Source: Carcharhinus amblyrhynchos (Eukaryota). From it: a stretch of 64,000 bases of DNA. Below are positions 1-13,679 of this stretch, piece after piece. The notes beneath the pieces are model-generated. The model saw only the letters and a program-made list of their open reading frames with translations. It searched no databases and was not told the DNA's origin. The DNA lies in NCBI GenBank assembly GCA_965287045.1, contig OZ336881.1:45818001-45882000 (forward strand), read 5' to 3'. Within the stretch, counting starts at the first letter, position 1. The number at the start of each line of letters is the position of its first letter. Both the position numbers and the translations under genes were made by a program.

Positions 1-260
1 TAGTGCCAGGAGACCAGGTTCGATTTTTGGCTTGAGTCACTGTCTGTGTGGAGTTTGCACATTCTGCGTGGGTTTCCTCCGGGTGCCCCAGTTTCCTCCC
101 ACAGTCCAAAAGACATGCCAGTTAGGTGCACTGGCTATGCTAAATTCTCTGTCAATGCACCTGAATAAGCACTGGAGTATGGCAACTGGGATATTTTCAC
201 AGTAACTTCATTGTAGTATTACTGTAAGCCTACTTGCAACACTAATAAATAAACTTAAAC
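1..260 (+). mobile_element. tRNA-derived V-SINE/HE1-like SINE (5' end cut by the window edge)
   Basis: B-box ggttcgatt, core tgtctgtgtggagtttgcacattct...gggtttcctccgggtg, tail ...actaataaataaact. Similar to copies at 3364 and 5432. Confidence 0.85.
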
Positions 261-1374
261 TCGTATTCTGTTCTGATGCTGAAGTCATAGAGGTTTACAG
301 CATGGAAATAGACCCTTTGGCCCACCCCTTTTTTAACTTCTAAGCTAATAAAGAATTTCAAAGTGTCCAGGTTGAACTATATTTGTAAAGGCCAGACTAA
401 TTTCCATATATTCCAGCTTATTGCATCAATTTTCAATTGGATTTGCACCAGTGATTAGTAAAATGAGGATGCGTAAAAATTTACCCAGGGAATTCTTGTG
501 TAATTACTTCTCCACAGTGAAAATCCTTTTCATTGATGTAACAATAGTGCAACTTAAATCGAAGGAACCTAATTTACAGATAGCATGAATCATTGATCTC
601 CAGTGAATACAAATTATGGGATGTGTTCTGATGCTTTGATATCACTGCACATTACATCATGCACATCCACAATCTGCCTTCATTCACTTTGTTATTTTTT
701 AAATAACTAGAAATAATTGTTTAGTAATAATTGGGAGCAAAGCTACTCAAAAGCATTTTCTTTCATGTGTAATCCAGTGGACCTGCTGCCAGTTTAGCAA
801 CTCTCCACTTTGCTATAACTTAACAGTTTCTCTCCATAGTTGCTGCTGCTTAAATCAATATCTGGAAGGTTGGTGCTGAAATGTACAATTAAACATTTTT
901 TTATTATATTTTGACTAGGTTCTTAATCATCTCATCAGAGAATACAGTTTTTTTGTGTGTCTGGAACATGCCAATAATTTGTGTTGTGTGCAGATTGTGG
1001 GTGGAGATTTTGAACCAAAGAAATGTTAAAATGCAGAAAGAGACCATTTGGCATATTGTGTATATGCTGGCCAAAAAAGAGAATAAAGATACTAGCTATT
1101 CATCTTAATCCAATTTTCCAGCACCTGGTCCATAGTCTTGCCTTGTACAGCATTTCTGGTCACCCTAATGTCAACGGGGTTTCCTATTGAAAGCCAAGAA
1201 ACCAAAAGATCCCACCAGCATAAATGGCCAGAAGCTTCCAGCCATTGTCTCAGACTTTCTCTTCTCTCCTTCAAAGTGAATTTAAAATTCAATAATATTA
1301 TGCCTGCTACCGAGGTGTATCTTCATTATGAGATCATTAATTACTCCCATCTAATTGCACAATGCCTGGACTCA

Positions 1375-3240
1375 TTCAGCCTGCTCTCTGTTTGGCTCCA
1401 AAACACACGGTTCTAAGAAATTATCCCAAAATTATCCTCATCATGGCTACCTTTTGTGCATCTGATTTTTACAGTCTATATGTAAATTAACATTTTCCAT
1501 GATTATCAACCTATCTTCCTGACAAACTCCATTTATTTCTTAGTTTATATTCCACCCAACCATATAGTTACTATTAGGGCACTGTACATAATTCCCAAAA
1601 GTCTCTTTTTGTCTTTACTATTTATCATCTCTATCCAAGCAATTTCCATATCCTGGTTTCCTGAATTTAACTTTTCCTTCTGTATTGTGCTATTACGATC
1701 ACTACCTAACAAAACCACCCCTCCACCTTTTCCTCGCTTCCTGTCCCTCCTAAATATTATGTACCCTTCATATTCGGGTCCCAGTTCATGTCCTTCAACA
1801 GTCATATCTCATTAATGACTGAAATCATAATTTATTTTCACGTATGCTTTCAGTTCATCTGTTTTGTTTTGAATGCTGCATGTATACAGATACAGAGCTT
1901 TAAGTTTTGTATCTTTTTATTTGTTTTATAACCTCTAATCTCATCTAACCTACTGTTAGATTTGTACTTTCTGTCTGCAATAATTGCAAGGATTGTGGAC
2001 CACTAGTTAGTATAATGAACCATAACAGGTCTTTTACAAGTAGATAAAAATACAGAGTACTTTCACAATGTTAACATTCTAGCTCTAGGATATGTTGTAG
2101 CTACAAAAGTCCACACTCTGCACCAAAATCCCTGCGCTTGTTCCCTACTGAGCAAACAGGTCAAATGACCCTCCCGATGTCCATCCCTTAAAGGGGTCAG
2201 CTACTACATTAATCCTTCTTGTCATGATCTGTTTTTCATTTTCTGTAATAATGCCTTTCTCTTTTACCTTGTCTCTGCTCTTTGCTCTTTGATGTATCAC
2301 ATCCTCCCAAATTTGACCCCTCAACCCCGCTATAAAATCTTCTCTACTTCCCCAGTTACTCAGCTCACAAGAATACTGGCCCCAGTGCAGTTAGAGTACA
2401 GACTATCCCAACAATACATATCCCACTTTCCTCAGACCTGGTGCCAGTGCGTCTCCCACAACAGTCTTTGAACCATATATTCATCTCTTTAATCTGATTC
2501 ATCCTATGCCAGTTTGCACATCGCTTGAGTAATAATTCAGAGATTATGCCCAATGAAGTTCTGCTTCTTATTTTGGTGCCTAGGTCCTCATGTTGACCAT
2601 GCAGAATGTCTTTCTCTGTTCTGCCTATATCATTTTTACCTATATGGACCATGACAACTGGGTCCTTGCCCTCCCAGTTCCTCCAGCCCTGAGCAAATGT
2701 CCCAAACCCAGGCACTGGGTAGGTAATACAATTGTCTGGACTCGCACTCTTTACTGCAGAGAATGATGTCAATCCCTCTGATCATTGCCTAATACCACCA
2801 CATTATTTCTTACTGCCCCACTTGAAAGGCTTCCTGTATCATGGCAGGTGGTTAGTTAGCTCATCCACCTTACAGCCTCCACTTTCATCCAAACAAACTG
2901 AAAAGACCTCAAACCTCTTGGACAATTATAATGACAATTGCAATAGCTGAGGCTCCTGTATTTCTTATTTCCCTCATCTGCCTCATTTGCAGTCATACCC
3001 TGCTGTCCTTGATCACTGACCAAATCAGAAGACCGTCCCAAAGAGGTTTGACTGCCTCCTGGTACAAATAATCCTAGTAATTTTCTCTCCCTATTGCATC
3101 AGTGTCTGTAGTTGAGCCTCCAGCTCAAACTCTAGCCGAAACTGCTCAAACTTCAAGCATTTACTGCAGACGTGTTTACCCTGGATTAAACTGGCATTAA
3201 GGAATCCCACATGCTGCAGTTGTGACTCATCACCCATCCT
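1375..3240 (-). mobile_element. degenerate CR1 LINE 5' portion (ORF1 SGNH-esterase-like region and ORF2 endonuclease start)
   Basis: ORF 1545-1805 GYIIFRRDRKRGKGGGVVLL (APE endonuclease motif). ORF 2365-2772 VVMVHIGKNDIG (GxND esterase block). Frame-disrupted. Confidence 0.85.
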
Positions 3241-3363
3241 TAAAGTGTTCTAATTAAATATTAATGATTTTGCTCAATCATATGTTTCATTTTTGCTTGT
3301 ACTACCACCAATTTCTAGACTATTTTGGACCTGAGGAATAGTCTAAGCCACAGTCATTTATCT

Positions 3364-3640
3364 GGAGTGGTACAGTGGTTAGCATTGCTGCTTCACAGTG
3401 CAAGGAACCTAGGTTCGATTCCTGGCTTGGGTCACTGTCTGTGTGGAGTTTGCACATTCTCCCCATGTCTGCATAGGTTTCCTCCAGGTTTCTCCCCACA
3501 GTTCAAAAGATGTGCATTGGCCATGCTAAATTCTCTCTGTGTACCTGGATAGGCACTGAGTGTGGCGATCAGGGATTTTCACAATAACTTCATTGCAGTG
3601 TTATTGTAAGCCTACTTGTGACACTAATAAATAAGCTTTA
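3364..3640 (+). mobile_element. V-SINE/HE1-like SINE
   Basis: A-box gtggtacagtggttagc, B-box ggttcgattcc, same core and tail as 1-260. Confidence 0.88.
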
Positions 3641-4780
3641 AAAGATATTTGCCAAATAACTCGCAAAGTATGAACACTTCCTGAAGGCTGAGAAAGTTAG
3701 AAAACAAAAAGCAAATGAGCACCTCATTTTCTTCTTTCCTTTATTCCTGAAATTATTCAATGTCCAGCACTCTATCCCAAGTCACACTTCTTGTCGTAAA
3801 CTTCACCCTCAACACCTCTTTCATTCTGTTGCATTAAATTGCCACTTCGAACCAAATTCCCAAATAGACTCACTCAGTTGCTGTCTCAATTTTCAATTTG
3901 AACCCGGTTCTCAAGTATACTCATTTGGACTCTGGCCAAAGTTTTCCCTCATTGATTGTGTGCCCTTACTAAAATATAGAAAAAAGAATAAACCATGAAA
4001 CATCACTTCAGCTCTTACCACTGGTTAACCCTTCAACACACATAGACTTCATCCATGTCAACCCATGCTACCTCAGGGCCTTTGCCCACTCTTCATGGCC
4101 CCTTGCATTCTCTATGCCACTTCATACCCTGTACCCATTCCCATGACTTAATATCAAATTATCTTACATCCAACATGCCAACTCATCCAACTTCCACCTT
4201 GGGCTGAACTCATATGGCACGCCACTGAAAATAATCACTGAAAGTAATAAAGAGTAACTTATCACCATGATATTGTATTCATTCTCATCCTCTGCAGCTT
4301 CTTCATTATAGGCAACTGACCATCACTTCTATTATCCCCATCTAATGGGACCACATGGTTTTGTGCAATTTGTGCATAGCAAATGCTTCACCAGTAATGT
4401 TTCGTCTTCCCTTCTCTTCAAGATCAACTTTCAAGTCACCAAGTATCTAACTGTGACTGTCTCCCCTTCTCCATATGTGCTACCCCTCTAACATCATTTG
4501 TAAGCATGTTATCTGCTTCTATATTTATTCTAATGACGTATATCTCTATCTCTCTCCCAGCTTCATCAACAACAATAACATTGTGTCGTGCCATTAACAT
4601 GGTAAAATGTGTCAAAACACATGACAGAAGCATTATTGAACAGAATTTCTCACAACTATATAAGCAAATAATATCACCATATGTGACATGATATCCTTTT
4701 TTTTAATCACTCCTGTGAAGCACCTTGAGATATTTTAAAGGCACTCTAAAACTGCACAAATATGAGGCAGTTTCACTTGT

Positions 4781-5915
4781 TGGGGCAATCTTGAATCTAC
4801 TCCCACCGTCCGCCGAATTGCCGACTCAACATTTGGAAATTACAGATCTCGCTGATGAGATCGTGATTTCGGATCTTCCCTATCCCTCACCAGTAACGTC
4901 ATCAGGTTCACGTCCATAATGAGCATGGCCTTGATTTACATACTTTTCAATAAATTTTAATATTAACATGCCCCTTGCCAGATATTGAATCCCCCCCCGC
5001 TGTATTTTCAAACCGCGCTGATGTGACATCACATTGGTGCAGTTTATGATAGATTCACCCAGATGTTAACCTGTCATAGGGATCCCCCAGCTGTGTGAAA
5101 CTGAGTATAGTCCCCAGGGGAGAGGGAACCACAGTGACTTGATAATGTTCTTGGACTTCCCTGGGCACAGGTTGGCACTGCTAGGTTGGCAACATGCCTA
5201 TGCCACCTAGAAGTGCCAACCTGACAGTGCCAACCTGTGCAAAGTGGCAGACCCCAGTGGGAGCCTCATGGGGGAGGGGAGAATTCATTTAAATGTGATG
5301 GAGGGTCAGCGCGGACAGAGGAGCTGGGGATCTCAGTGATGGCCGTTTGGGCCCATGGCAATGGGATGGAGGGGTGAGTACCGGCCCCAACTATGGGAGG
5401 ATGGGGAGAGGGGAGAAGGGGCTGATGATAAGGGGATAAGCACACAGTGGTCAGCGCTGCTACTTCACAACACCTGGACTCAGTTTCGATTCCCGGATTG
5501 GGTCACTGTCTGTGCGGAATCTGCATGTTCTCCCCATGTCTATGTGGGTTTCCTCCAGATATGCCAATTTTCTCCCACAGTCTGAAAGACTTGCTGGTTA
5601 AAATGCAATGGCCACGCTAAATTCTCCCTCAGTGTACCCAAACAGGTGCCAGAGTGTGGTGACTGGAGGATTTTCACTGTAATTTCATTGTAGTGCTAAT
5701 GTAAACCTACTTGTGACACTGATAAAAAAAATAAACTTAAAGGAGCCGATGATTGGCTGCTCCCGCTCCCTCCCCCCCCAATAATCAGAGGGCTGGCAGT
5801 GGCTCTCTAATCTGTGTAGTCAAGCTTTACTGGCGTGTTGAGGCCCCACCAATTTTCTCTGGATAGAAACATCCTACTTTTCCTGCCAAAAACATCACTC
5901 TTTTTGTTAAGATTT
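4781..5915. mobile_element. non-autonomous MITE-like repeat with GC-rich interior, containing a nested SINE
   Basis: Shares sequence with 53500-54533 (ggatctt.ccct.cc..c.cagt...gtcatcag). No coding potential. Confidence 0.55.
5432..5740 (+). mobile_element. V-SINE/HE1-like SINE nested in MITE-like repeat
   Basis: cagtggtcagcgctgctacttcaca...ttcgattccc...cttgtgacactgata...ataaactt. Confidence 0.85.
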
Positions 5916-6506
5916 TGCCAAACATCAAAAAAAAGACAATCATAAAAGTACTGTCATGGGTGTTTCGTTGAAATTGCAATTAAAGTATGTGCTTGAGACA
6001 GGAGATAAGAAGCTTTTGCCTGTATTTTGTAATGTTTCATCCACAAACTGAAGTCAAAAGAGGCCGCTTTTACATTTGAGAATATAAAAATAAACGAGCG
6101 TCCTGCTCTGAATAAATTTGGTAAAATAATCATCAGCATCTGTTATGGACACATTCGTCTTTTTGCTAACTATTCAAGGGGAGAAGAAAGCACATTAAAA
6201 ATGCTTACAGTCATTGCTCAATTACAAAAGATCTAGAAGGTACCACAAGGTGAAATTGATTTTTTTTTTATTGTTCGTTAAAGTGTTTGCATTCACCCAG
6301 GATCCAGAGACTGTTACTGCCGTGTCTTCCTAACTTCTACTGTAACACGTTTTGGCAGTTGCGAGATCGATTAGCCCAGCAGTTAGTGTGTTGCCGAGCA
6401 CAACCTTTACAATTTTGATCCCGATTGACATCTTCGGTTTGTTGCCATGCTCTGAAGCATTGAAGTGCCATTTGGCACAAGCAAAGTAGTCAGTTCACTA
6501 CGATAT

Positions 6507-7571
6507 GGGCCCTATTTTAACATTGCCCGTTTTCGGGCGTGAAAACGTGGTAAACGCGGGTGTGAGGCCATTAGCGTGATCCACGCCTGCATCTGCACAG
6601 ATGGCTACTTAATCGAAACCCAGGAATGGCGGCCGTCCGATTCGCACCCACAGTGGGCGCAACAGCGATTTAAATGCATTTGCATGCAATTCAGTTGAAT
6701 TACTGAACTGCCTGCCCAACTTTATCAGCATTTCCCCCTTTATCGCCATGTTTGCCGATCCAGAATTGCGCCAAAATGAACCTACTGAATGAAAGTTTGA
6801 ATTGGGCCCTCCAGCTACTGAAGAGGCGAGTTCAGAGCTTCCAACGCCTCTCTGACTCAGATCAGTGGTGGAGGAGGGAGGAGGGCCAGATCATTCTCTG
6901 GTGGGGGGGAGGGGAGTGAGGCTAGATCATTGCCTAGTTGAGGGGGCAGGAAGGGGAGGTGGGTCAGATGTAGTTCTGATAGTTGAGGAGGGAGGCGATT
7001 GTTGTCTGGTGATGGGGGGTGGCGGGGAGAGCCGATTTGTTGTCTGATGGTGGGGGTGAGGCTGACCATTCTCTGGTGGGGAGGGAGGGAGGAGGCGGTG
7101 GGCCAGGTGCCCCTCTGGGGAGCGGGTGGTGAGGCGTGGGGAGACTAAGGCCAGATCATTCTTTGATGTGTGGGGGGAAGGTCCGATTGCTCATGGGAGT
7201 GGGGGGGCAGAGGGGTCCGCTGCCACTCTGCAGGTGATCGGTGTGGGGGTAGGGCCAGGGGGTTCTGATCGATCTGGGTAGCAGGGGAGTGATGGGTAAG
7301 GGGGACAGTAATGTCAGTAGGGGCCATTGCTCCCACTTTTTGCTCCCAGGCCGCTTTATCCGCTTTCTGCGGCCTGGGACCATGCTTTTTCAAATTTTTT
7401 TCCAATTGCGCATATGCAGTTCAGAGCTCTAATTGTCTCGGTGCACAAAGCCCCACCCACACACAAATTTCAGGCTCAGTGCATATGGGGGCGCCTGAAA
7501 GCAGATTTCTAAGTTGGACCTGAATTGCGCCCAGATTCAGCACTTAGGACCTGATTTTACCATTTTCATTC
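6507..7571 (+). mobile_element. PIF/Harbinger-type non-autonomous element (MITE), 3-bp TSD TAT
   Basis: Left TIR gggccctattttaaca. Homologous, in opposite orientation, to 61745-62581. TAT at 6504-6506 and 7572-7574. Right TIR carries a micro-inversion. Confidence 0.75.
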
Positions 7572-8448
7572 TATGTCTTTCATTAAATCAAACTGTGATT
7601 TCCAACATTAAACAGGAACACATTAAAAATAAATATATTTTAAGATGCAAGCTTGTGTGAAGATGTATTTTAATTTGAGACTGATGTTTTTTAAGGGTTT
7701 ATTTTGTCATATTTCCTGCATAAAAATCTCTTATATACACAAATGGCAATTTAAAAAAAAATAAACCTTTTAAGTATAATGACTGATGAGTGGAACCTTT
7801 ATTTCATTTACAGTTCATTGCTTTTTTATTTGTAGTCAGTGATATTCATCAATTAATTTAACAATGCAAAGTTGGCTTTATTGTATAACAAAATATACCG
7901 CAAAAAACAAGTGAAAAGCAAAATGCAGGAACAAGATATTCCATTGTTCCTTTTTGCTGACAGGAATGCTTTAGTAAACATGAGAAGCTGATGAATGATC
8001 AAACACTTGTGTCTATGAATTACATAATGGTGGAATTATAAATTGCATTCTTAAGTTATGGACTAATGCTGAAAATTCTTCACCTTGTTGCCAACATAAG
8101 TACATGTTTGCTGCCATCTGTTGGACAGTGTGATAGTTTGCATGAAAAAATTTGTACGCACTGAATTGTGTTGTGATAACTGAAAAACGTTGGCCTTCTG
8201 CACTATTTTGAAGAATAAATATTATCCATAATATATAACCTGACAATTGACAAGTCTTTTATGGGAAAATTGTTGGATGTTTTCAGATGTAAATGAAAAC
8301 AAATAGATTTGGAATTGATGGGTGCATGTGTAGGTATTAAGTACAGAATTTAAACAGTATGTGGTAGTCAGCTCTTTCAACGATATGTCATTAAACCCTG
8401 TACTTTTTTAAACAACAAGTTTTTTTTAATATTTGCTTCTTATTTTAG

Positions 8449-8830
8449 ATCAAATGACAGGGGATCATACTCGTCTTGAGTTCCACAATATTGAAACTGG
8501 CATTGTGACAGAGAGACGATACATATCAAATGTCCCTTCAAATTTCATCGGCCATTTACAGAGCCTAATGTTCAATGGCATGCCTTATATTGATCTGTGC
8601 AAAATTGGTGATATTGACTACTGCGAGCTCAATGCTAGATTTGGTTTCAAAATTATTATTGCTGATCCTGTGACCTTCAAGACAAAATCCAGCTACGTTG
8701 CACTGTCCACGTTGCAAGCCTACACGTCCATGCACTTGTTCTTCCAATTCAAGACAACATCAGCTGATGGCCTGATACTCTTCAACAGTGGGGATGGCAA
8801 TGACTTCATTGTGATTGAACTTGTTAAAGG
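8449..8830 (+). CDS. NRXN1: alpha-neurexin internal exon (end of LNS4, start of LNS5), 382 nt, phase 1 to 2
   Basis: Acceptor ttcttattttag|AT, donor AAAGG|gtatgg. Encodes (D)[43 protein letters not shown]...[59 protein letters not shown], which is clearly neurexin. Paralog assignment is less certain than the family call. Confidence 0.96.
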
Positions 8831-9628
8831 GTATGGTTGCACTCATTGGATTTGAGATAAATGTCTGGAGTTGAGTTCTCACATCTGCTGTGTTTATAAT
8901 TTTGGAGACTGTGTGAATGTTATAATTCTATTCATTCATATCCTGATGAAGATTCAGGACACTTTACAGCTGTGGCCAGAATTGTCCCCATTTATAGTGT
9001 ATAGGGAAAAATTGATCTATGTATAAATTATTTTATAGTTACGTAATTAAGAATTATATTGTTTTGTAATTGATTTTATGTGAACAGAGGAATCAATGAG
9101 CAGTCTTTAATAGAGGTGAAGTGGGTTACGCCCACCAGTTGGCAAGAGCCCCATGTTGCCCCTTTTTAGGAAAGCCTGACAAATTAGGTGCCAACCAAGT
9201 GAAAATCAGCGGGTCTTCCTCAAGATTAAGGAACCAGTGGCAGGTATCCCAATTCTCAAGACCTGTTGATCAATCAGAGGTTGGCATTCCACAGGTGATG
9301 TTGGGATGAAGGCCATGTAGTTGGGGGCCACAGAGCAAGGGAAGGGGTTTGTCAGGCAAGGCAGGGGTGGTTCTCACCAGCCCCACTTACCAATGCCTGG
9401 TGTCTCAATCAGACACTTTGAACAAGACCTCCAAGACCTGTCTATCCCCTTCCCCACCCCCTTTCCCTCTACTGGCTGCAATAGGGTTTACTCTTCAGGG
9501 TTCCCACTGGTGAGTCCCCAGCCTGCTGCTGGTTGATAACAGTGGTGAAGAGAGAGAAGTTCCTTAAGTGGGCATTAATTACATACTTAAGAGCTTAAGT
9601 TGGCAGCAGGGTGGAAAGGCTATCCATG

Positions 9629-9932
9629 AGCGATGACATACCAATACAGTGGTTAGCACTGTTGCCTCACAGCACCAGGGACCCGGGTTCAATTTCAGCT
9701 TTAGACAACTGTGTAGAGTTTGCACATTATCCCCGTATCTGTGTGAGTTTCCTCAAGGTTCTCTGGACAATTGAAGGAAACCAAAGATGTGCAGATTAGG
9801 TGGATTAGATGTGGTAAATGTGTGAGGTTACAGGGATAGGTCGGGGGGGAGGTTGACTCTGATGCTCTTTCAGATAATTAGTCGATGGGCCGGAAGACTA
9901 CTTTCTGCATTGTAGGGATTTTATGATTCTAT
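9629..9932 (+). mobile_element. V-SINE/HE1-like SINE with CR1-type tail, nested in an older repeat (about 9110-10070)
   Basis: cagtggttagcactgttgcctcacagcaccagggacccgggttcaatt; tail gatgggcc...ctgcattgtagggattttatgattctat. Confidence 0.8.
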
Positions 9933-10118
9933 TGTCTATGGAGTCTTCCTGTCCCAAACTTCATTGGGGCAGAACTGGGCAGGCAATTGAGTCCCTACAC
10001 AGTTTCTTCCTGCAAAGGGCCCCCATTTTCCTACCAAACTTACCTTGGGAGGGGGCATTTAATTCCATCCAATTTTTGTTGTAATCTTGAACTGACTTCC
10101 TTATTTTTGTCCGTACAG

Positions 10119-10309
10119 GTACTTGCACTACGTATTCGATTTAGGTACTGGTCCTTCCCTCATTAAAGGCAACTCTGACAAACCACTGAATGACAATAAA
10201 TGGCATAATGTGCTGATTTCAAGGGACACAAACAACTTGCATACTGTGAAGATCAACTCCAAACTCATAACTCAAAATACAGTTGGAGCCAGAAATCTAG
10301 ATCTGAAAG
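10119..10309 (+). CDS. NRXN1: alpha-neurexin internal exon (LNS5), 191 nt, phase 2 to 1
   Basis: Acceptor ttatttttgtccgtacag|G, donor AAAG|gtaaac. Encodes [63 protein letters not shown], in frame with the flanking exons. Confidence 0.96.
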
Positions 10310-11439
10310 GTAAACGCAATGATAAATAAAACATAATTGCTTCTGTTTTTTGAAAAGGGAATGTCATTTTAGAATTCAGAATTATCTTCCAATCTTCATT
10401 TCCTGCATTGAGTCCGAGAACTTCTAGGATTTCTTCAGACTGATCACTGTCTCATTGGATTTTTACTATTCAAATTCAGTTAGAATGCCCAAGGCGCAAA
10501 TTGGCTCTAAACCTGAACTGGAGTGTTATGCAAGTATAGATATGAGCTACTTTTGCTCTGTTGTCAGGAATTCCTGGATTATCCTTGAGGGTGAAATATG
10601 AGAAAGACACTTTGCTCAGATTCTGTAGTCCATTGTTATTTTCGTTAACCCTCCCCCCAATATTAGCATCTCATATAACGTACCTGAAGTGTGCAGGTGG
10701 GGCGATATTGAGCATGTAACTTGCAAAGATGCCTGCCCTTTGGAATGAATTAAAAATTCAGACCCCATTTCAGGTTGATGATCTTTCAAAGGTGATCTTT
10801 GATACAATTATAGGCTGATCACAATTAACAGCATACCTCCTCACCCCACAATATCCAGAGCATCCCTATTTTACCACTAAACAAGATTCAGGCCTCCTTA
10901 GGATTCTGTGTTGTCAGGGAGCCATGCTGGTTAATCAAGCTTGCTCCCAGACAGGGAATTTGAATAAATTCTGGATATGAAGCTGTGATGCAATATTGCC
11001 CCCAGTGGTGAGATAATAAAATTGTAGCATGACTAATTGCTACTTATGAGCTCATTCAGCCACTCCTCAGATTTTAACTGTGAGGCTGTGGGTGGAGATC
11101 ACCTGGCAGCCTTGTTGTCAGCTGATGAAAGTGGTTTGCCTTTCATTTGGGCTGGAGGTCCTTTTCCCCCAGATACATTTCACTCCCCATCCTGCCTTTC
11201 AGAAGTAAGCCCTAACAGCCTGTCCAAGGCAAAATCCCATATGTATCTCTATGCTCAGTCCCATGCCTCCTTTTCACTGGGGATTTCCTGCAGTTCCGGC
11301 TGTGGTCACCATTCCCTGTGTTGAAGCTGGGGTAAAATAACTTCCCATCATTTGATTGGCCAGCAGCTCTTGGAAGTAGCCTGACAGCCAGCCATTAAAT
11401 CACTTTGGGTCAACCTGTCCAAGTGGAGGTGTGCTCACC

Positions 11440-12030
11440 TCTGAGCTGTATATAGTGCAAAAGCAAAGAAGTTATGTTAGTAGTTTGCATCGACTGGAGT
11501 ATTGTATCCAGGTCTGGCACCACACTTTTGGGATGATATGAAGGCATTAGACAGACTGCAGAAAAGATTCACCAGGAATAGTTTCCAATGATAAGGAACT
11601 GCAGTCATACAGATAGACAAGAGAAGTTGCCATTATTTTCTTTGGAGAAGAGAATGTTGGGAAGAGATTTACTGGAAGCATTCAAAATCATCAGGGGCTT
11701 GGACATAATAGAAATGGAGAAATCATTTCCATTGGTGGAAAGATTGAGAACCAGAGGGCAGAGCATTAAGGTAATTTGCAAAAGAAGCAATATGACATGA
11801 GGAAAAGCTTTTTACACATAGCAAGTGGTTAGGATCTGCATGACCTGAGTGTGTCTTGGAGACGGGGACAATCATGGCACTTGAATTATTATCCAAAAAG
11901 GAAGAATGTTCAGGGCTGTGAGGAAAGGCATAGGAGTGACATTTGGTGAAATGCTCCTTCAAAGGGCTGTCACAAAAAGAAAGGTTGAATGGCCTTCTGT
12001 ACTGTAACCAATTTTTAATTCTATGATTTA
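11440..12030 (+). mobile_element. degenerate CR1 LINE 3' fragment
   Basis: LPLFSLEKRMLGRDLLEAFKIIRGLD...LRTRGQSIKV (CR1 ORF2 C-terminus) followed by the 3' UTR tail. Confidence 0.85.
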
Positions 12031-12959
12031 GAAATGTTTATTTTGTGGTCTAAAAATGCATGAAATGGTGTAAAATTGACAGCTAACTGATACTTAATTT
12101 TCCACTTATGAAAAATATCTTGTTGATTGTATGCCACTATTACTTGAAATGATTATTTAATTCACAGCATAAAAAATGGGGGGCAATTGTTGCATATGGG
12201 AACAGAATAGCTTTCAAGTAGCTTTATGTATACTATGCATCGTACGTAGTTGTAAAGCACTTCAGTAAAAGCACCGGAAGGGCTGATGTAAACCAAAGAT
12301 TTGAATCGAGTTGGTTAGTGGATTCAGTCCTCAAATCACTAATATTTCTTAAATGAATAAAGCTGGATTCTACATCAGAAGCATAAACTGATAGAAAGGA
12401 GAATAATAACATGTAAAAACATTGGGTTGCAGAATGCAGTACAAAGTTCACACAGTAATAAAGATATATGCTTACTTGACGTAAGTGCACTGACACACAC
12501 ATACCTTTTGGAAAATTAGATAACTGTATGTGCCCTGAGCTTGCTTCTGTGTGACATTCATTGTGTAAAAGAGCTGAGTGTTGCATTACTTTCAGATACC
12601 TTTTAAGAAATTTCCAATGATATTATCATGATGGGCATAGGAACTAAAGATCATCATACATTCTAGTTTATTGCATTGGGGATGTCAGTGTAAAAGCTAT
12701 TATGCAAAGATAGTGTCCACGCTGAAAATAAATAATACCCTTCTGGGAGCATCAGCAATTCTTCTGTAAAGATAATTTGAAATATGGTAATAATTTCTCT
12801 ACTTGTTCTGAATGCTGAGATTACCTCCACCCGACAGTGCAAATTGAACGCCTGAACAATTCCGAAAATTACTCAAAGCAGCACACTGGTAGTTTGGATT
12901 TATGGTTCATCTATTTAAATACAGGTGTCCCCCTTTTAAAGCTCATTATTGACATGCTT

Positions 12960-13660
12960 CTGAATTCAACGGATCTGTGCCTTCACCAGATCGGAGACTG
13001 GCTTTGTCCTCACAACTCTTCTTGGCATCCAGGCAGGTCCACCACCAAAATTCTGTGCCAGCACAAGGTCAGCCTGTTAAATGATCTGTCACCTTTCAGA
13101 GAGTCATGATGCTCTTTCTGAAAGGCTTGCCTAGTCTCCACTCTCCCCAACAACTTTGGGAACACCAAGTCCACGCAGGTACAAGGTGCCAATCCATTAG
13201 CAGCTCAGAAGGCATTATCCCGTGATGGTGTGCAGTATACTGTTGCAGGACAACAAAGAACTTGCGAATGAACCTGTTTCTTTATGGAAGCCTTGAACAT
13301 CTGCATGGCTCAGTCCACTAGTCCAGATGAGGCAGGATGATAGGGGGCTGACCTAACTTGATGAATGCCATTAGACTTGACAAAAGTCTGAAATTCATTT
13401 GCTGTGAATTCCATTCCTTTGTCCAATATCAACACTTCAGGGAGACTGGATTGCAAGATCTGCCTCAGTTTCTCAATTGTAACATTGCTGTAGTGGATTG
13501 CATGAGCTGAACATCCAGCCACTTAGAATGGGCATCTTCTAAGATCCAGCAAAATCTACATGAAACTATGGTCTCTGATAGCCCAGCCCTTTTCAAGAGT
13601 GCACGTTCATTGGTGGCGCTAACACTTGCTGCATCTGACAACTTCCACACTGCCCAACCA
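12960..13660 (-). mobile_element. Gypsy/Ty3 LTR retrotransposon integrase remnant
   Basis: DAHSKWLDVQLMQSTT and LPEVLILDKGMEFTANEFQTFVKSNGIHQVRSAPYHPASSGLV (rve core), frameshifted. Confidence 0.85.
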
Positions 13661-13679
13661 TTTGTTCAATGTCTCTGTC

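Noticed and set aside
3364-3430. tRNA gene
   Set aside because: The A/B boxes belong to SINE heads; no complete cloverleaf.
6857-7523. Overlapping Pro/Gly-rich ORFs (also at 16353-16981, 53708-54492, 61908-62422)
   Set aside because: By-products of GC-rich, low-complexity MITE interiors with no protein motifs.
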